Positions 53,467 to 62,546 of a stretch of 64,000 bases of DNA are shown piece by piece. This DNA comes from Dehalococcoidia bacterium (GTDB lineage: Bacteria > Chloroflexota > Dehalococcoidia > Lucifugimonadales > UBA3495). Both the position numbers and the translations under genes were made by a program. The stretch covers positions 1,743,327 to 1,807,326 of the forward strand of contig CBDHEF010000002.1 of the NCBI GenBank assembly GCA_965261945.1, read 5' to 3'. The notes under the pieces were generated by a model that did not search any database, was not told the origin of the DNA, and was given only the letters and a program-made list of their open reading frames with translations. Position 1 is the first letter of the stretch. Every line of letters begins with the position of its first letter.

Positions 53467-54684
53467 TCAGGCAATGGCGCCCGATGATGCCAACCGCTCG
53501 TATTCTTCGTTGGACAATTGCAGCAGCTCTTTCAGCACCCACTGATTGTGCTGGCCGAAGGTGGGCGCAGGCCGGAGGTCGTCCACTCTCTGCCCGTCGG
53601 CGGCCCAGGGAAGGGTGGTGACGGGCCGTGTTCCCGCCACCGGGTGCTCCAGCGGGGCCACGAAGCCCCGTTCCACCAGATGCGGGTCGTCGAGCGTCTC
53701 GGCGCTGTCGTACACCGGGGCCGCCGGAACGCCCACGGCCTGTAGGGTTGAGACCACCCTTGCAACTTCCAGACCGGCGGTCCATTGCTGCACCAGCGCT
53801 TCCAGGGCATCCTGGTTTGCCAAGCGGGCCGTCACGGTGGCAAACCGGGGGTCGCCGGTCCAGCCTGGATAGCCGGACGCCTCGGCCAGCGCCCGGAACT
53901 GCGCATCCGTCGCTACGGAAATCGCCACCCACTTCTCCTCTCCCAGGCAACGAAACACGTTGTGGGGCGCCTTACGACCGTCACGATTGCCCACTCTTGG
54001 CGGTTCCTTTCCGGTGAGCGAGTATTCCATAACCGCCTCGGGAATCATGCCGGTCAGCGCCTCGGTCATTGACACCTCGACTAACTGGCCCTCGCCGGTG
54101 CGCGAGCGGTGGTACAGCGCCTCCAGCACGGCCAGAACGCCATAGCAGCCAGCGAAGGCGTCGGGAATCAGGCCGCCCATGATCCTCGGGTGGGAGCCCG
54201 GGTTGCCGGTGACTGCCGCCAAGCCGCTGAAGAGATTGATGACGCTGTGAAATCCGGTCAGGCTCTTGAATGGGCCGCTGCGCCCGAAGGCCGCCAGGGA
54301 CATATAAACGATGTCGGGCCGCAGCTTCCTCACCTCGTCGTAACCCAAGCCCAGATGTTCCATGACTCCGGTGGCGTAGTTTTCCACCAGTACGTCGCTG
54401 ACTCTGATAATGCCCCTGGCCAGTTCCACCGCATCGGAATGGCGCAGGTCGAGAGAGCAACTCAACTTGTTGTTGTTGACCAGGTTGAAACCGCCGCTGC
54501 GATTTATGCCGGGCTCGCCGTCGGCGAAGGGCGGCCAGACGCGAGTGGTGAAGCGGGACTCGGTCTCGACCAGTATCACCTCCGCGCCCAGCCAGCCCAG
54601 CATCTGGGCCGTGACCGGGGCGGCGATAACCTGCCCGAAATCGGCCACGCGAATTCCCTGCAACGGCAATGGCGAAGGGTTCAT
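53467..54684 (-). CDS. family III CoA-transferase (CaiB/BaiF)
   Basis: LQGIRVADFGQVIAAPVTAQMLGWLGAEVILVE...NRSGGFNLVNNNK is the canonical family III N-terminus. Confidence 0.85.
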   Translation of the reverse strand: MNPSPLPLQGIRVADFGQVIAAPVTAQMLGWLGAEVILVETESRFTTRVWPPFADGEPGINRSGGFNLVNNNKLSCSLDLRHSDAVELARGIIRVSDVLVENYATGVMEHLGLGYDEVRKLRPDIVYMSLAAFGRSGPFKSLTGFHSVINLFSGLAAVTGNPGSHPRIMGGLIPDAFAGCYGVLAVLEALYHRSRTGEGQLVEVSMTEALTGMIPEAVMEYSLTGKEPPRVGNRDGRKAPHNVFRCLGEEKWVAISVATDAQFRALAEASGYPGWTGDPRFATVTARLANQDALEALVQQWTAGLEVARVVSTLQAVGVPAAPVYDSAETLDDPHLVERGFVAPLEHPVAGTRPVTTLPWAADGQRVDDLRPAPTFGQHNQWVLKELLQLSNEEYERLASSGAIA

Positions 54685-56012
54685 CAGTCGCCCACCCCGG
54701 CTGCCCCCGCGCCAGCTTGCTCCTGGAACGCTTCGGACAACGCCAGCGCCTGGCTCTCCGGCCAGCCGAGCCAGTCGCGCAGCACCTCGGCGGTGTGCTG
54801 GCCCAGACGAGGCGCGGGCCGGAACGACCGCCAGGGCGTCGCGCTCATGCGGATGGGATGTCCGGGCAACTGAAAGCTACGCCCGCCGGGGCTGATGAAG
54901 TCCTGGAGAAAAGCCCGCTCGACTACGTGCGGCGACTCCATCATCTGGCCCACGGTGTAGGCCGGGAAGCAGGGAACCCCGCGCTCCTGGGCCAGGCGGG
55001 CTATTTCCTCGCCGGTGTGGGACATGGTCCATTCCAGCATGAAGGGTTCCAGCGCGTCCCAGTTTTGAGCCCGCCGCTGGGCGGTGGCGAACACCTCCGA
55101 ATCGGCCCAGTCTGGACTTCCGGCGGCTTCCATCAGGCTGCGCCAGTGGCCATCCAGGACTGCCATGATTACCACGTAGCCGTCCTTGCAGGGCATATAG
55201 ACATTTGGCATCAGTCCGAAGCCGGGCGGCTGACGCATCTTCGCTTCGTGGTAGGCGGCGTGAGCCAACTCGTAGGGCATGACCGCAGCCACCCCCTCCT
55301 GTAGCGAGAGGTCGAGTTCGCAGCCCTGGCCGCTGAACTGCCGGGCGAGCAACGCGGCCACGCAGGCCGCCGAGCCCAGCACCCCCGTCATCAGCTCGCC
55401 GAGCGGGGTGTTGGCGCGGAGCGGCGGTTCCTGCGCCGGGTCCATCACGCCGTCAGGAATCCCGGGCGTACTGAAAGACAGCCCGCCGGCGGCCACCCCC
55501 GTCATCTCGTCGCCAACGTAGCCGCTGTTTGGCCCCGACAGGCCGAAGGGCGTGATGGCGCAAACTATCAGGCCGGGATTGAGATGCCGCAAAGCCTCGC
55601 GGCGCAGGCCCCGCCCAACTATCTCGGCGCTCTGTCCGCCGACGACCAGAACGTCGGCCCTGGACAGCAGCTCGCTGAACGCCACCTCTCCTCCGCTTCG
55701 CTCCAGATGGCCCACTCCGCTGCGCTCCGTTGGGGCCTGAGCCGGGTACTGCAGGTCGAGGCCCGCGCCGCGCTTGTTGGCGTTCAGGTACAGGAACATC
55801 CCGCTCCAGTCGGGGTCGGGCTGGCCGTCGGGGAAGGGGCCGTGCCGCCGGTGCTGGTCGCCCCTGGATGGTTCCACCTTCACCACGTCGGCTCCCGCGT
55901 CGCCCAGCAGCCGGGCGCAGAAGGACGCCGACGCCATCTCCGTGTACTCCACGACCCTTACGCCGGCAAGAGCCGACGGCGGAGTGCCTGCCTGTTCAGC
56001 GGGCGAGGTCAC
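54684..56012 (-). CDS. family III CoA-transferase (second paralogue)
   Basis: LAGVRVVEYTEMASASFCARLLGDAGADVVKVE...FLYLNANKR. The GTG start at 56012 overlaps the upstream stop as GTGA, and its own stop overlaps the next ATG at 54684. Confidence 0.8.
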   Translation of the reverse strand: MTSPAEQAGTPPSALAGVRVVEYTEMASASFCARLLGDAGADVVKVEPSRGDQHRRHGPFPDGQPDPDWSGMFLYLNANKRGAGLDLQYPAQAPTERSGVGHLERSGGEVAFSELLSRADVLVVGGQSAEIVGRGLRREALRHLNPGLIVCAITPFGLSGPNSGYVGDEMTGVAAGGLSFSTPGIPDGVMDPAQEPPLRANTPLGELMTGVLGSAACVAALLARQFSGQGCELDLSLQEGVAAVMPYELAHAAYHEAKMRQPPGFGLMPNVYMPCKDGYVVIMAVLDGHWRSLMEAAGSPDWADSEVFATAQRRAQNWDALEPFMLEWTMSHTGEEIARLAQERGVPCFPAYTVGQMMESPHVVERAFLQDFISPGGRSFQLPGHPIRMSATPWRSFRPAPRLGQHTAEVLRDWLGWPESQALALSEAFQEQAGAGAAGVGD

Positions 56013-56485
56013 CAGTACCGCTCTGAGCGGGGATGCAGCGGGAGCTGCACCACGGCGCTGGCCGGTTCGACCACCCGCTCGGCCCGCTGGTTCTCGATCC
56101 ACAGGTCGCACTCCGCGAGTCCCGGCCCTTCGTTGTCATCGCCCTCCCGGAACAGCCCGGTGACCACTCCCCGGCAGACCAGCAAGTCGCCGGGGTAGGC
56201 CATGACCCGGTTGCGAAAGCGCAGCTTGCGCAGGAATGCGCCGGGGCCCGCCCAATCCCGGACGTGCTGGGACAGGAAAGCGCCCAGCATCTGACCGTCC
56301 ACGAAGGGGCCGGGGAACCCCAGCTCCCGAACGTGGTCGGCGTCGTAATGGACGCGGATGAAGTCCCAGGTTGCGGCGCCGTAGGCCATCATGCGGGGCA
56401 GGTCTATTCGCTTGTAAAGCGGAGTCAATTCCTCGCCCACCGAGACGTCCTCGAAGAACCGGCCGGCGCTCCCGATGCAGCTCAT
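56009..56485 (-). CDS. MaoC-like (R)-hydratase hot-dog domain protein
   Basis: YGAATWDFIRVHYDADHVRELGFPGPFVDGQMLGAFL is the hydratase 2 motif region. Confidence 0.8.
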   Translation of the reverse strand: MSCIGSAGRFFEDVSVGEELTPLYKRIDLPRMMAYGAATWDFIRVHYDADHVRELGFPGPFVDGQMLGAFLSQHVRDWAGPGAFLRKLRFRNRVMAYPGDLLVCRGVVTGLFREGDDNEGPGLAECDLWIENQRAERVVEPASAVVQLPLHPRSERYW

Positions 56486-56982
56486 TCCGGCGCCTCCTCC
56501 GTTCCCCCCCGGTAGAACAGGGTCTCGGTGTTGCGGGCCAGCAGTTCGCCGCGCTGGTTGTAAAACGTGGCCTCGATTACCTGGAATATAAGCGACCCGG
56601 AGCGTCCGCTGCGCTCGTACACATCCTTCACCAGCCAGCTCGCCGTAAGCACGTCGTCGGGGTGGATGGGCTGGAAGAACTCGTACTCGTTTCCGGCCCG
56701 GAGCCCGGCCAATTCCCCGAAAGAGTCTCGGCCCAGCAGGTCGCCGCGCTCGTCCATATCGCTGTCAACGTACTGCCAGGTATCGCATACCAGCGTCGGC
56801 GGAGCCATGACGTCCCGCAGTCCGTGGGCGGCGGCCTGCCCGCGGTCGGAGTATAGCGGGTTGAAATCGCCGACGGCCAGGGCGTACTGCCGGAAGGCCG
56901 ACCGCCCGATCTCGTCCGGCGCTTGAAACACCAATTTCCGGCCGACCGTGGCCTTCAACTGCTGCAACAGGGAACCCGCCAT
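56482..56982 (-). CDS. MaoC_dehydrat_N-type hot-dog protein (partner subunit)
   Basis: FRQYALAVGDFNPLYSD...MAPPTL... Trimmed from track ORF 56482..57960 to ATG 56982. There is a 4-nt overlap with the downstream gene. Confidence 0.7.
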   Translation of the reverse strand: MAGSLLQQLKATVGRKLVFQAPDEIGRSAFRQYALAVGDFNPLYSDRGQAAAHGLRDVMAPPTLVCDTWQYVDSDMDERGDLLGRDSFGELAGLRAGNEYEFFQPIHPDDVLTASWLVKDVYERSGRSGSLIFQVIEATFYNQRGELLARNTETLFYRGGTEEAPE

Positions 56983-56993
56983 ACCAGTCCTCG

Positions 56994-57800
56994 TTACCGG
57001 CCCTTGAACTTTGGTTCCCGCCCTTCCAGGAAGGCGGCCAGGGCCTCCCGGTGGTCCTCGCTGGTCAGGGTCAGGACCTCGGCCTTGGCGGCTTCGGACA
57101 GATGCTCTTCCAGCGATTGACCCAGGCCCCGGTAGACCATTCCCTTGACCAGCCTGTTTGCTACCGGGGCTTTCCCGGCGATTTTGGCGGCCAGGGCCAT
57201 CGTTGTCGCTTCCAGTTCTTCCGACGGCGCCAGATGGTTGAGGACACCCAGCCGCAGCGCGTCCTCCGCCTCCAGCCGGTCGCCGGTGTACAGCAGTTCC
57301 AGGGCGCGGCTGACCCCCAGGGCCCGCGGGTAAAGCCAGGTTCCGCCGGTGTTCGACACCAGCCCCATCTGCAGAAACGCATTGGAAAACCAGGAGCGCT
57401 CGCAGCCGATGCGGATGTCGCAGGCCAGCGCCCAGTCGAACCCGTCGCCGATGGCCAGGCCGTTGACCATCGCGATGGTGGGCACTTCCATCTTGTGGAG
57501 CTTGATGGTAACGCCCTGCGGCCCGCTGCGGATAAACTGGTGAATCTCGTAGGGTTCCATGTGTCCCAGCAGCCGGTCGCCGCCCTGCCTCTCGTCCTTG
57601 ATGTCGGCGGAGGAGCAGAAGGCCCGACCTGCGCCGGTCAGCACCAGCGCCCGGACCTCCCGGTCGCTGGCCACGTCTTCCAGCGCCGAGTTCAACTCCA
57701 TGAACATCTGCTCGTTCAGCGCGTTGAGGCGCTCCGGGCGGTTGAGAGTGAGCCGGGCCACGTGATCTTTCTTTTCGAGAATGATGGTCTCGTAGTCCAA
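56994..57800 (-). CDS. enoyl-CoA hydratase/isomerase (crotonase)
   Basis: ARLTLNRPERLNALN...VLTGAGRAFCSSADI...AMVNGLAIGDGFDWALACD is the crotonase oxyanion-hole pattern. Confidence 0.85.
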   Translation of the reverse strand: MDYETIILEKKDHVARLTLNRPERLNALNEQMFMELNSALEDVASDREVRALVLTGAGRAFCSSADIKDERQGGDRLLGHMEPYEIHQFIRSGPQGVTIKLHKMEVPTIAMVNGLAIGDGFDWALACDIRIGCERSWFSNAFLQMGLVSNTGGTWLYPRALGVSRALELLYTGDRLEAEDALRLGVLNHLAPSEELEATTMALAAKIAGKAPVANRLVKGMVYRGLGQSLEEHLSEAAKAEVLTLTSEDHREALAAFLEGREPKFKGR

Positions 57801-58067
57801 TGCTGTCCTTCCGGCTCCGCGCGTTTCTGGCGGGGCGTTGGAGAAAAGTGCGTGTGGATGGTGGGAAGATTCTGGTGGGCCAGCGGTGCAGTGTCAAGGC
57901 TTTGCCGGGCCACCGGCGCTGCCCGGCGGTGGGGCCTCGCCCTGCCGCCTCCTGCGCCAACCCAGCCAGCCTGTTCCGGCAGCCGGTCTATATTGGCCCT
58001 TGCTCGCTGTTTGGGAGGCGTTAATGTCATCACCGCCCGACCCTGTAAGTAAGGCGGTGTTGAATTA

Positions 58068-59744
58068 TCAGGCGTGTCGCTCCAGGCCAAAGAGGCCGAA
58101 CAGCTCTTCGCGGTTCAGCCGGGACGAAAGATCCAGCGAAACGTCATCGACGAGTTGGTCAAACAATTCCTGTTTCCTCGCAAGGATGGAGTCTATACGC
58201 TCTTCGATAGTCCCCGCGCATGAATACTTAATCACATTGACCTTGACCGTTTGGCCCATACGGTGGCTTCTGTCCTCGGCCTGCCGCTCCACCGCAGGGT
58301 TCCACCACCGGTCCAGATGAAAGACGTAGGATGCCTCCTGCAGGTTCAAGCCCAAGCCGCCCGCGCGTAGGGAAATAACCAGCGCTTTATGCCTGCTTTC
58401 GCTCTTGAAGCGGTCAATAATATGGGGCCTGTCCTGAAGAGGCACGTCTCCGGTGATGACCAGGGGGTTGAATTTTTTCAGCCGGCTTGCGGCGGCGGCC
58501 ACGCCTGCGGTGTCGCTGGTGTATTGGGAGAAGACCAGCGCCTTGTGTCCCTGAGCTACCAGCAGGTCCAGCCTTTCCCTGATGTCGTCCAGCTTGCTGG
58601 ACTCGCCGCTCTTGGGGTCGGCGTTGCAAATCTGCTTCAAGCGGGTGACCAGCTCCAGCACATGCTGAATGCTAATGTCTCTACCCAGTGATCTGAGGTA
58701 TACGATTCCCTCGCTCTCAGCCTTTTCGTAACTTGCCCGCTGCCTGGGGTGCAGGTCGATTGGCAACAGGGTGACCTGCTTTTCCGGAAGGTCGTCGAGC
58801 ACCTCGCCCTTTTTGCGCCTGAGCTGGAGTTGGCGGTGCCGGTTCAGGAGTTCCCGCCCTGGTTGGAACCGATTGGGCTCGCCCTCTATATCATAATCAA
58901 CAAACTCCAGGATGGACGCCAATTCCTCCTCGTGGTTCTCTATCGGAGTTCCGGTCAGCGCCCAGGAACGAACACGCCTCAGTCCCTTGAGCGACCTGCT
59001 GGTATCGTTCCGGTTCTTGATCCGTTGGGCCTCGTCGGCAACCACGACGTCCCAGAGCTTTCTCCTCACAGGAGATTGGTTGTTGCCCTCGAAGTCGGAC
59101 CTCAGCGTCTCATAGCTGACCAGGGTCACGTCGGTTTCAGCCTGCCACTGCCAACGCCGGTCAGACGCTGAACCCCTGATAATGATCGCCGATAGCTCGG
59201 GGGCCCACTTTCGAAGCTCCCCGCGCCACTGGTCCAGCAGGCTGGCGGGAGCAGCCACCAGCGTTGACCCGATTTCTCCGCGACGAGATAGGATTCGCAG
59301 GGCGGCAATGACCTGTAGCGTCTTGCCAAGGCCCATGTCGTCGGCCAACAGAAGGCGATCACTGGCGATGAGGGCTCTGACCCCGTCCTCCTGGAAGGGC
59401 ATCAACTTCCCGGGCCACTCCAGGTCATCGTCTATCGGCGGGCTGGAAGGATCTGAATCCGCCGGAGACAATACCTTGAGAAGCCTACGGGCCAGGGAGA
59501 GTTCCCGGTCGGGGTTGGAGATGCCCGCCGAATTGTCAGAATGCCGGTGAAAGCCCGACGGTGCGCCCCTGTGCAGATACTCCAGTTCAACCACCGTCGC
59601 CGGTTCTGCGGACGCAGGTGCAGAGACCGGCAGAAATCTCACCGGCTCAATCGAGCGCCCAGCCCGGGGCGAGAAGTTGATGTCCCTCAGCAAGGCCGCC
59701 CCCCTATCATCTGTCGCTGTACGCTTCCGCGATTCCTGCGGCAA
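58068..59744 (-). CDS. SNF2-family helicase/translocase (gene 5 of candidate system)
   Basis: Motif I LLADDMGLGKTLQ, motif II VVADEAQRIKN, motif III ALTGTPIEN, then KALVFSQY and LRAGGLGLNLQ...DRWWNPAVERQAEDRSHRMGQ. The N-terminal ~110 aa are unassigned. TTG start at 59744 overlaps the upstream gene by 38 nt, with an alternative TTG at 59693. Confidence 0.85.
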   Translation of the reverse strand: MPQESRKRTATDDRGAALLRDINFSPRAGRSIEPVRFLPVSAPASAEPATVVELEYLHRGAPSGFHRHSDNSAGISNPDRELSLARRLLKVLSPADSDPSSPPIDDDLEWPGKLMPFQEDGVRALIASDRLLLADDMGLGKTLQVIAALRILSRRGEIGSTLVAAPASLLDQWRGELRKWAPELSAIIIRGSASDRRWQWQAETDVTLVSYETLRSDFEGNNQSPVRRKLWDVVVADEAQRIKNRNDTSRSLKGLRRVRSWALTGTPIENHEEELASILEFVDYDIEGEPNRFQPGRELLNRHRQLQLRRKKGEVLDDLPEKQVTLLPIDLHPRQRASYEKAESEGIVYLRSLGRDISIQHVLELVTRLKQICNADPKSGESSKLDDIRERLDLLVAQGHKALVFSQYTSDTAGVAAAASRLKKFNPLVITGDVPLQDRPHIIDRFKSESRHKALVISLRAGGLGLNLQEASYVFHLDRWWNPAVERQAEDRSHRMGQTVKVNVIKYSCAGTIEERIDSILARKQELFDQLVDDVSLDLSSRLNREELFGLFGLERHA

Positions 59745-60249
59745 CTCTGCGAAACGGTTCCAGGGGATCGGAGCGTTCCACTATCGTCTTCAGCAACCGC
59801 CGCGCCACCGAGTCTTCCTGGGGAGGGGAGGTGCTCCAGACCAAGAATAGCGATGCGCCGATCTGTTCGATTTCCTCGGACGCACCCCTCCGCGGCGCGG
59901 GATCAGTGGATACCCGGCATAACGGGACATCAATCCTGATGTTTTCGGAGAAAACCAACGGGGGAATCTCATCAGCCAGCCCCACAATGACGCTGGGAGT
60001 CCGTCCCGCCGAATGGAACAGTGTCTCGATCAACGATAACACGGTCGTCCTGCGAGCCTCCCCCATCCTCCACAGCCTGGAATCGTGGAAGTCTATGCGG
60101 GTAAAGCTGAACTCAAGCGGCACGTCCTGAGACGATGCCATGAATAGCGCCGCCCGGATTCCTGAACCGCTGTCCTCGTCCAGAAACCGCAGAAATCCAA
60201 CCGTTCCAGTCGTAGCCTCGTCTTCTCTATTTTCGAGCAGTATGGGCAT
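59707..60249 (-). CDS. hypothetical 180-aa protein (gene 4 of candidate system)
   Basis: ORF in operonic position with coding-like composition. No motif recognised. Confidence 0.5.
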   Translation of the reverse strand: MPILLENREDEATTGTVGFLRFLDEDSGSGIRAALFMASSQDVPLEFSFTRIDFHDSRLWRMGEARRTTVLSLIETLFHSAGRTPSVIVGLADEIPPLVFSENIRIDVPLCRVSTDPAPRRGASEEIEQIGASLFLVWSTSPPQEDSVARRLLKTIVERSDPLEPFRRVAAGIAEAYSDR

Positions 60250-60281
60250 CCTGGCTCTTTTCGGAGAACGAACATGGGAAC

Positions 60282-61565
60282 CTATCCGGCGGCGCCCTCT
60301 TCATTCTCTATCCCGTCTTCCTGGTCACCGATTTCAACGTACTGGTGTCTGAATTCCCGCTCTTCGGTCTCCGGGCTGGAATCCGGGTATAACCTGAGAA
60401 GGTCCCACTGATTTATTGCGGAGCGAATCTGGTAGCGCATCCTCTGCTGGAAGCTCGCCACATCGGTCCTGGCTTCAACCACCGGGGCATCCCACTCGTA
60501 GGCTCGGCTGTAAATCCGGCGCAACTGGCCGAGCGTGTTACTCAGGTCCAAGTCAGTCGGGGCTCTCAACGGGGTGCATTCAGACTCCAGCAGTCGCATC
60601 GCCATTTCGGCGCGCGCTGCCTGGGCGCCTTCATTGCGAGCGCGCAGCCGCTGCGCGGCATAGTCGCGGTCTTTCTTGCTGGTTGCCCCCGCCGACAGTA
60701 CATTCAGGGCGAAATCCGCAGACACGGTTCCAACGACCACCAGTCCAGGACAGGTTTCACCGGCGGCCTGACCCAGCCAACGGCCCAGCTCTGCGTAAGA
60801 GCGGGCGCGCTGCAACAGGCTGTACTGGCCCACCAACTCAATTTCGTCCAGCAGGACCACCCATCCCCGGTAGCCCGCGCCCTTGATCAGTTCGGTAGCG
60901 AAGCGGAGACGCTGGGGGGGCAAATCAGCAGCTCTGGGCGCTTTGAAAGAGTAGCTCTGTAGCTGGCCTATCTGCTTCAGACCATCTTTCACTGTGCCGA
61001 TCTTTATCCTGTCTCCCGCCCAGAAGGACTCGATAGTCCTGTTCAACTCCAAGTCATTCGACCTCTCGTGTACCAGCAGACTGGCCGGAAAGATGGGGTG
61101 AACGCCGCTGGAAGAGGAATTCCCCCAGCGGAAGAGGGCAGAGTACTCCTCGGTATTCTGGTTAAGGTCGAATCCGATTTCCTCGATAAGCGGGCCGGTG
61201 CGTCCTTGGACCCGCCCGTTGTCCATTGCCGACTTGAACACCTTGCCAAGGTCATAGAGTGGCGTTTCCTTGCTGATGGCCACCTTGCTGCATACGAAGC
61301 CCTCGGAGAGCGCCCGGTGTTCGAAATGGGAAAGCAGGTGAGACTTACCAGTGCCGAAATCTCCCGAAACCAGCATTCCCAGTGCGCCTTCGGGGGGTGC
61401 GCGCTCGGCAGACGCGCGCCCGAGCAGTCCTTCGAACTCGCTCTCCGGGCGAGGCTGATTGCAGCCAAGCAACTGCACCGCCTCGCGGTTGGGGACGCCG
61501 TTTCGCAGGGCCTCCAACGCCCGGCGGCAGGCCAGGGTGGAAAACCCGTCGCTGACTTCATTCAT
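60282..61565 (-). CDS. P-loop ATPase resembling the DUF2791 / BrxD-type (BREX-associated) ATPase family (gene 3)
   Basis: Walker A is VSGDFGTGKSHLL and Walker B is GWVVLLDEIELV, followed by LVVVGTVSADF. The family name comes from motif recall and is not confirmed by search. Confidence 0.65.
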   Translation of the reverse strand: MNEVSDGFSTLACRRALEALRNGVPNREAVQLLGCNQPRPESEFEGLLGRASAERAPPEGALGMLVSGDFGTGKSHLLSHFEHRALSEGFVCSKVAISKETPLYDLGKVFKSAMDNGRVQGRTGPLIEEIGFDLNQNTEEYSALFRWGNSSSSGVHPIFPASLLVHERSNDLELNRTIESFWAGDRIKIGTVKDGLKQIGQLQSYSFKAPRAADLPPQRLRFATELIKGAGYRGWVVLLDEIELVGQYSLLQRARSYAELGRWLGQAAGETCPGLVVVGTVSADFALNVLSAGATSKKDRDYAAQRLRARNEGAQAARAEMAMRLLESECTPLRAPTDLDLSNTLGQLRRIYSRAYEWDAPVVEARTDVASFQQRMRYQIRSAINQWDLLRLYPDSSPETEEREFRHQYVEIGDQEDGIENEEGAAG

Positions 61566-61580
61566 CTGGCGGATTCCTCG

Positions 61581-62546
61581 CTAGGATAGCCGGACCAGGG
61601 ACGCCACCGGGTTGACCAGATTACGGTCCCGCACATCGTCAATCACCCTGGTCATCAAGGCTTGATAGATCCCGAACCCTCTGTTTCTCGACCCGGTTTC
61701 CTCATCGAGGAAATCGTTTGTCGTCACCACCACCAGCATGGTTCCGGTGAGGCGGTCGGTGCCGTCCACGAACTCCCGCAACATTTCGTAGTGCTCCAGG
61801 ACCATGGCCCTCGTGTAGTATCGCAGCCCGTCCCTGGGGTTCCGGGCCAGCATAACGCGGGAATTGTCCAGCAGGATTAATGTGCCAGAATAGCCTACGT
61901 GATGCAACCAGAATAGAGCCGATTCGATGAAGTGGCGGGCCGTGGTGCGGTTTACGGGAGTGTAGATTGAAAAAGGCCGGACACTGCTGATTCTCGTGTT
62001 GCTGCCGGTCAGCCAGTCGATGATGGGCTGGCTACCGTAAGGTTCTCCTATCTTTGCGTCTTCCTCAAGACACAGGTGAGTCATCGCCACCCTGAAGTCC
62101 TTTGCCATCTGGGGTTCACCGTATACCCTGTCCTGAATCTGCCGTCGAAGAGGAGTGAGCACAAACTGGGGGTCCAACTCATTGAGATCAGCGATAGATT
62201 CGAAAATGTTACTTTCGCTCTGCGGATCAATCCCCTCGACGTTAAAGCTCCTGTCACTGGCCAGCTTCAGGATCATTCGTCTCGCCGCCGCGCGCCAGTC
62301 GACGCCGGACGCCAATCCATAGAACAGGTCCTGCGGCATGTGGGCGCGCCGGGAAACTGCATCGAGGGATACGAATACCAACCCCAACTTCCGGCAACGT
62401 TCCCGGACCGCCTCGAACAGCTTGGGCTTCACTTCGTCCGGGGTGGCGGCAAACTTGACCGATGCCCCACCGTCTCGGATGAAGGTGGTCAGGTACTCGG
62501 ACTCCATGACCTCCAGCCAGTCTTGGAGCGGTATCGCGTTGGCCAT
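61581..62546 (-). CDS. degenerate P-loop-like paralogue lacking Walker A lysine and Walker B glutamate (gene 2)
   Basis: GTLILLDNSRVM and MLVVVTTNDF parallel the VVLLDEIELV and LVVVGTVSADF of gene 3. The N-terminal DGGASVKFA sits where a GxxGxGKS would be expected. Confidence 0.5.
   Translation of the reverse strand: MANAIPLQDWLEVMESEYLTTFIRDGGASVKFAATPDEVKPKLFEAVRERCRKLGLVFVSLDAVSRRAHMPQDLFYGLASGVDWRAAARRMILKLASDRSFNVEGIDPQSESNIFESIADLNELDPQFVLTPLRRQIQDRVYGEPQMAKDFRVAMTHLCLEEDAKIGEPYGSQPIIDWLTGSNTRISSVRPFSIYTPVNRTTARHFIESALFWLHHVGYSGTLILLDNSRVMLARNPRDGLRYYTRAMVLEHYEMLREFVDGTDRLTGTMLVVVTTNDFLDEETGSRNRGFGIYQALMTRVIDDVRDRNLVNPVASLVRLS

Noticed and set aside
52043-53950. ORF 52043..53545 (+) and the 174-codon N-terminal extension of 52199..53950 (-)
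   Set aside because: The plus ORF is antisense to the RidA fusion. The extension runs through the 3' part of the upstream CoA-transferase gene in another frame. A GGAG-ATG at 53428 gives a clean start.
56983-57960. N-terminal 326 codons of ORF 56482..57960 (-) and ORF 57051..58052 (+)
   Set aside because: They overlap the crotonase gene out of frame or antisense. The MaoC_N domain begins at ATG 56982.
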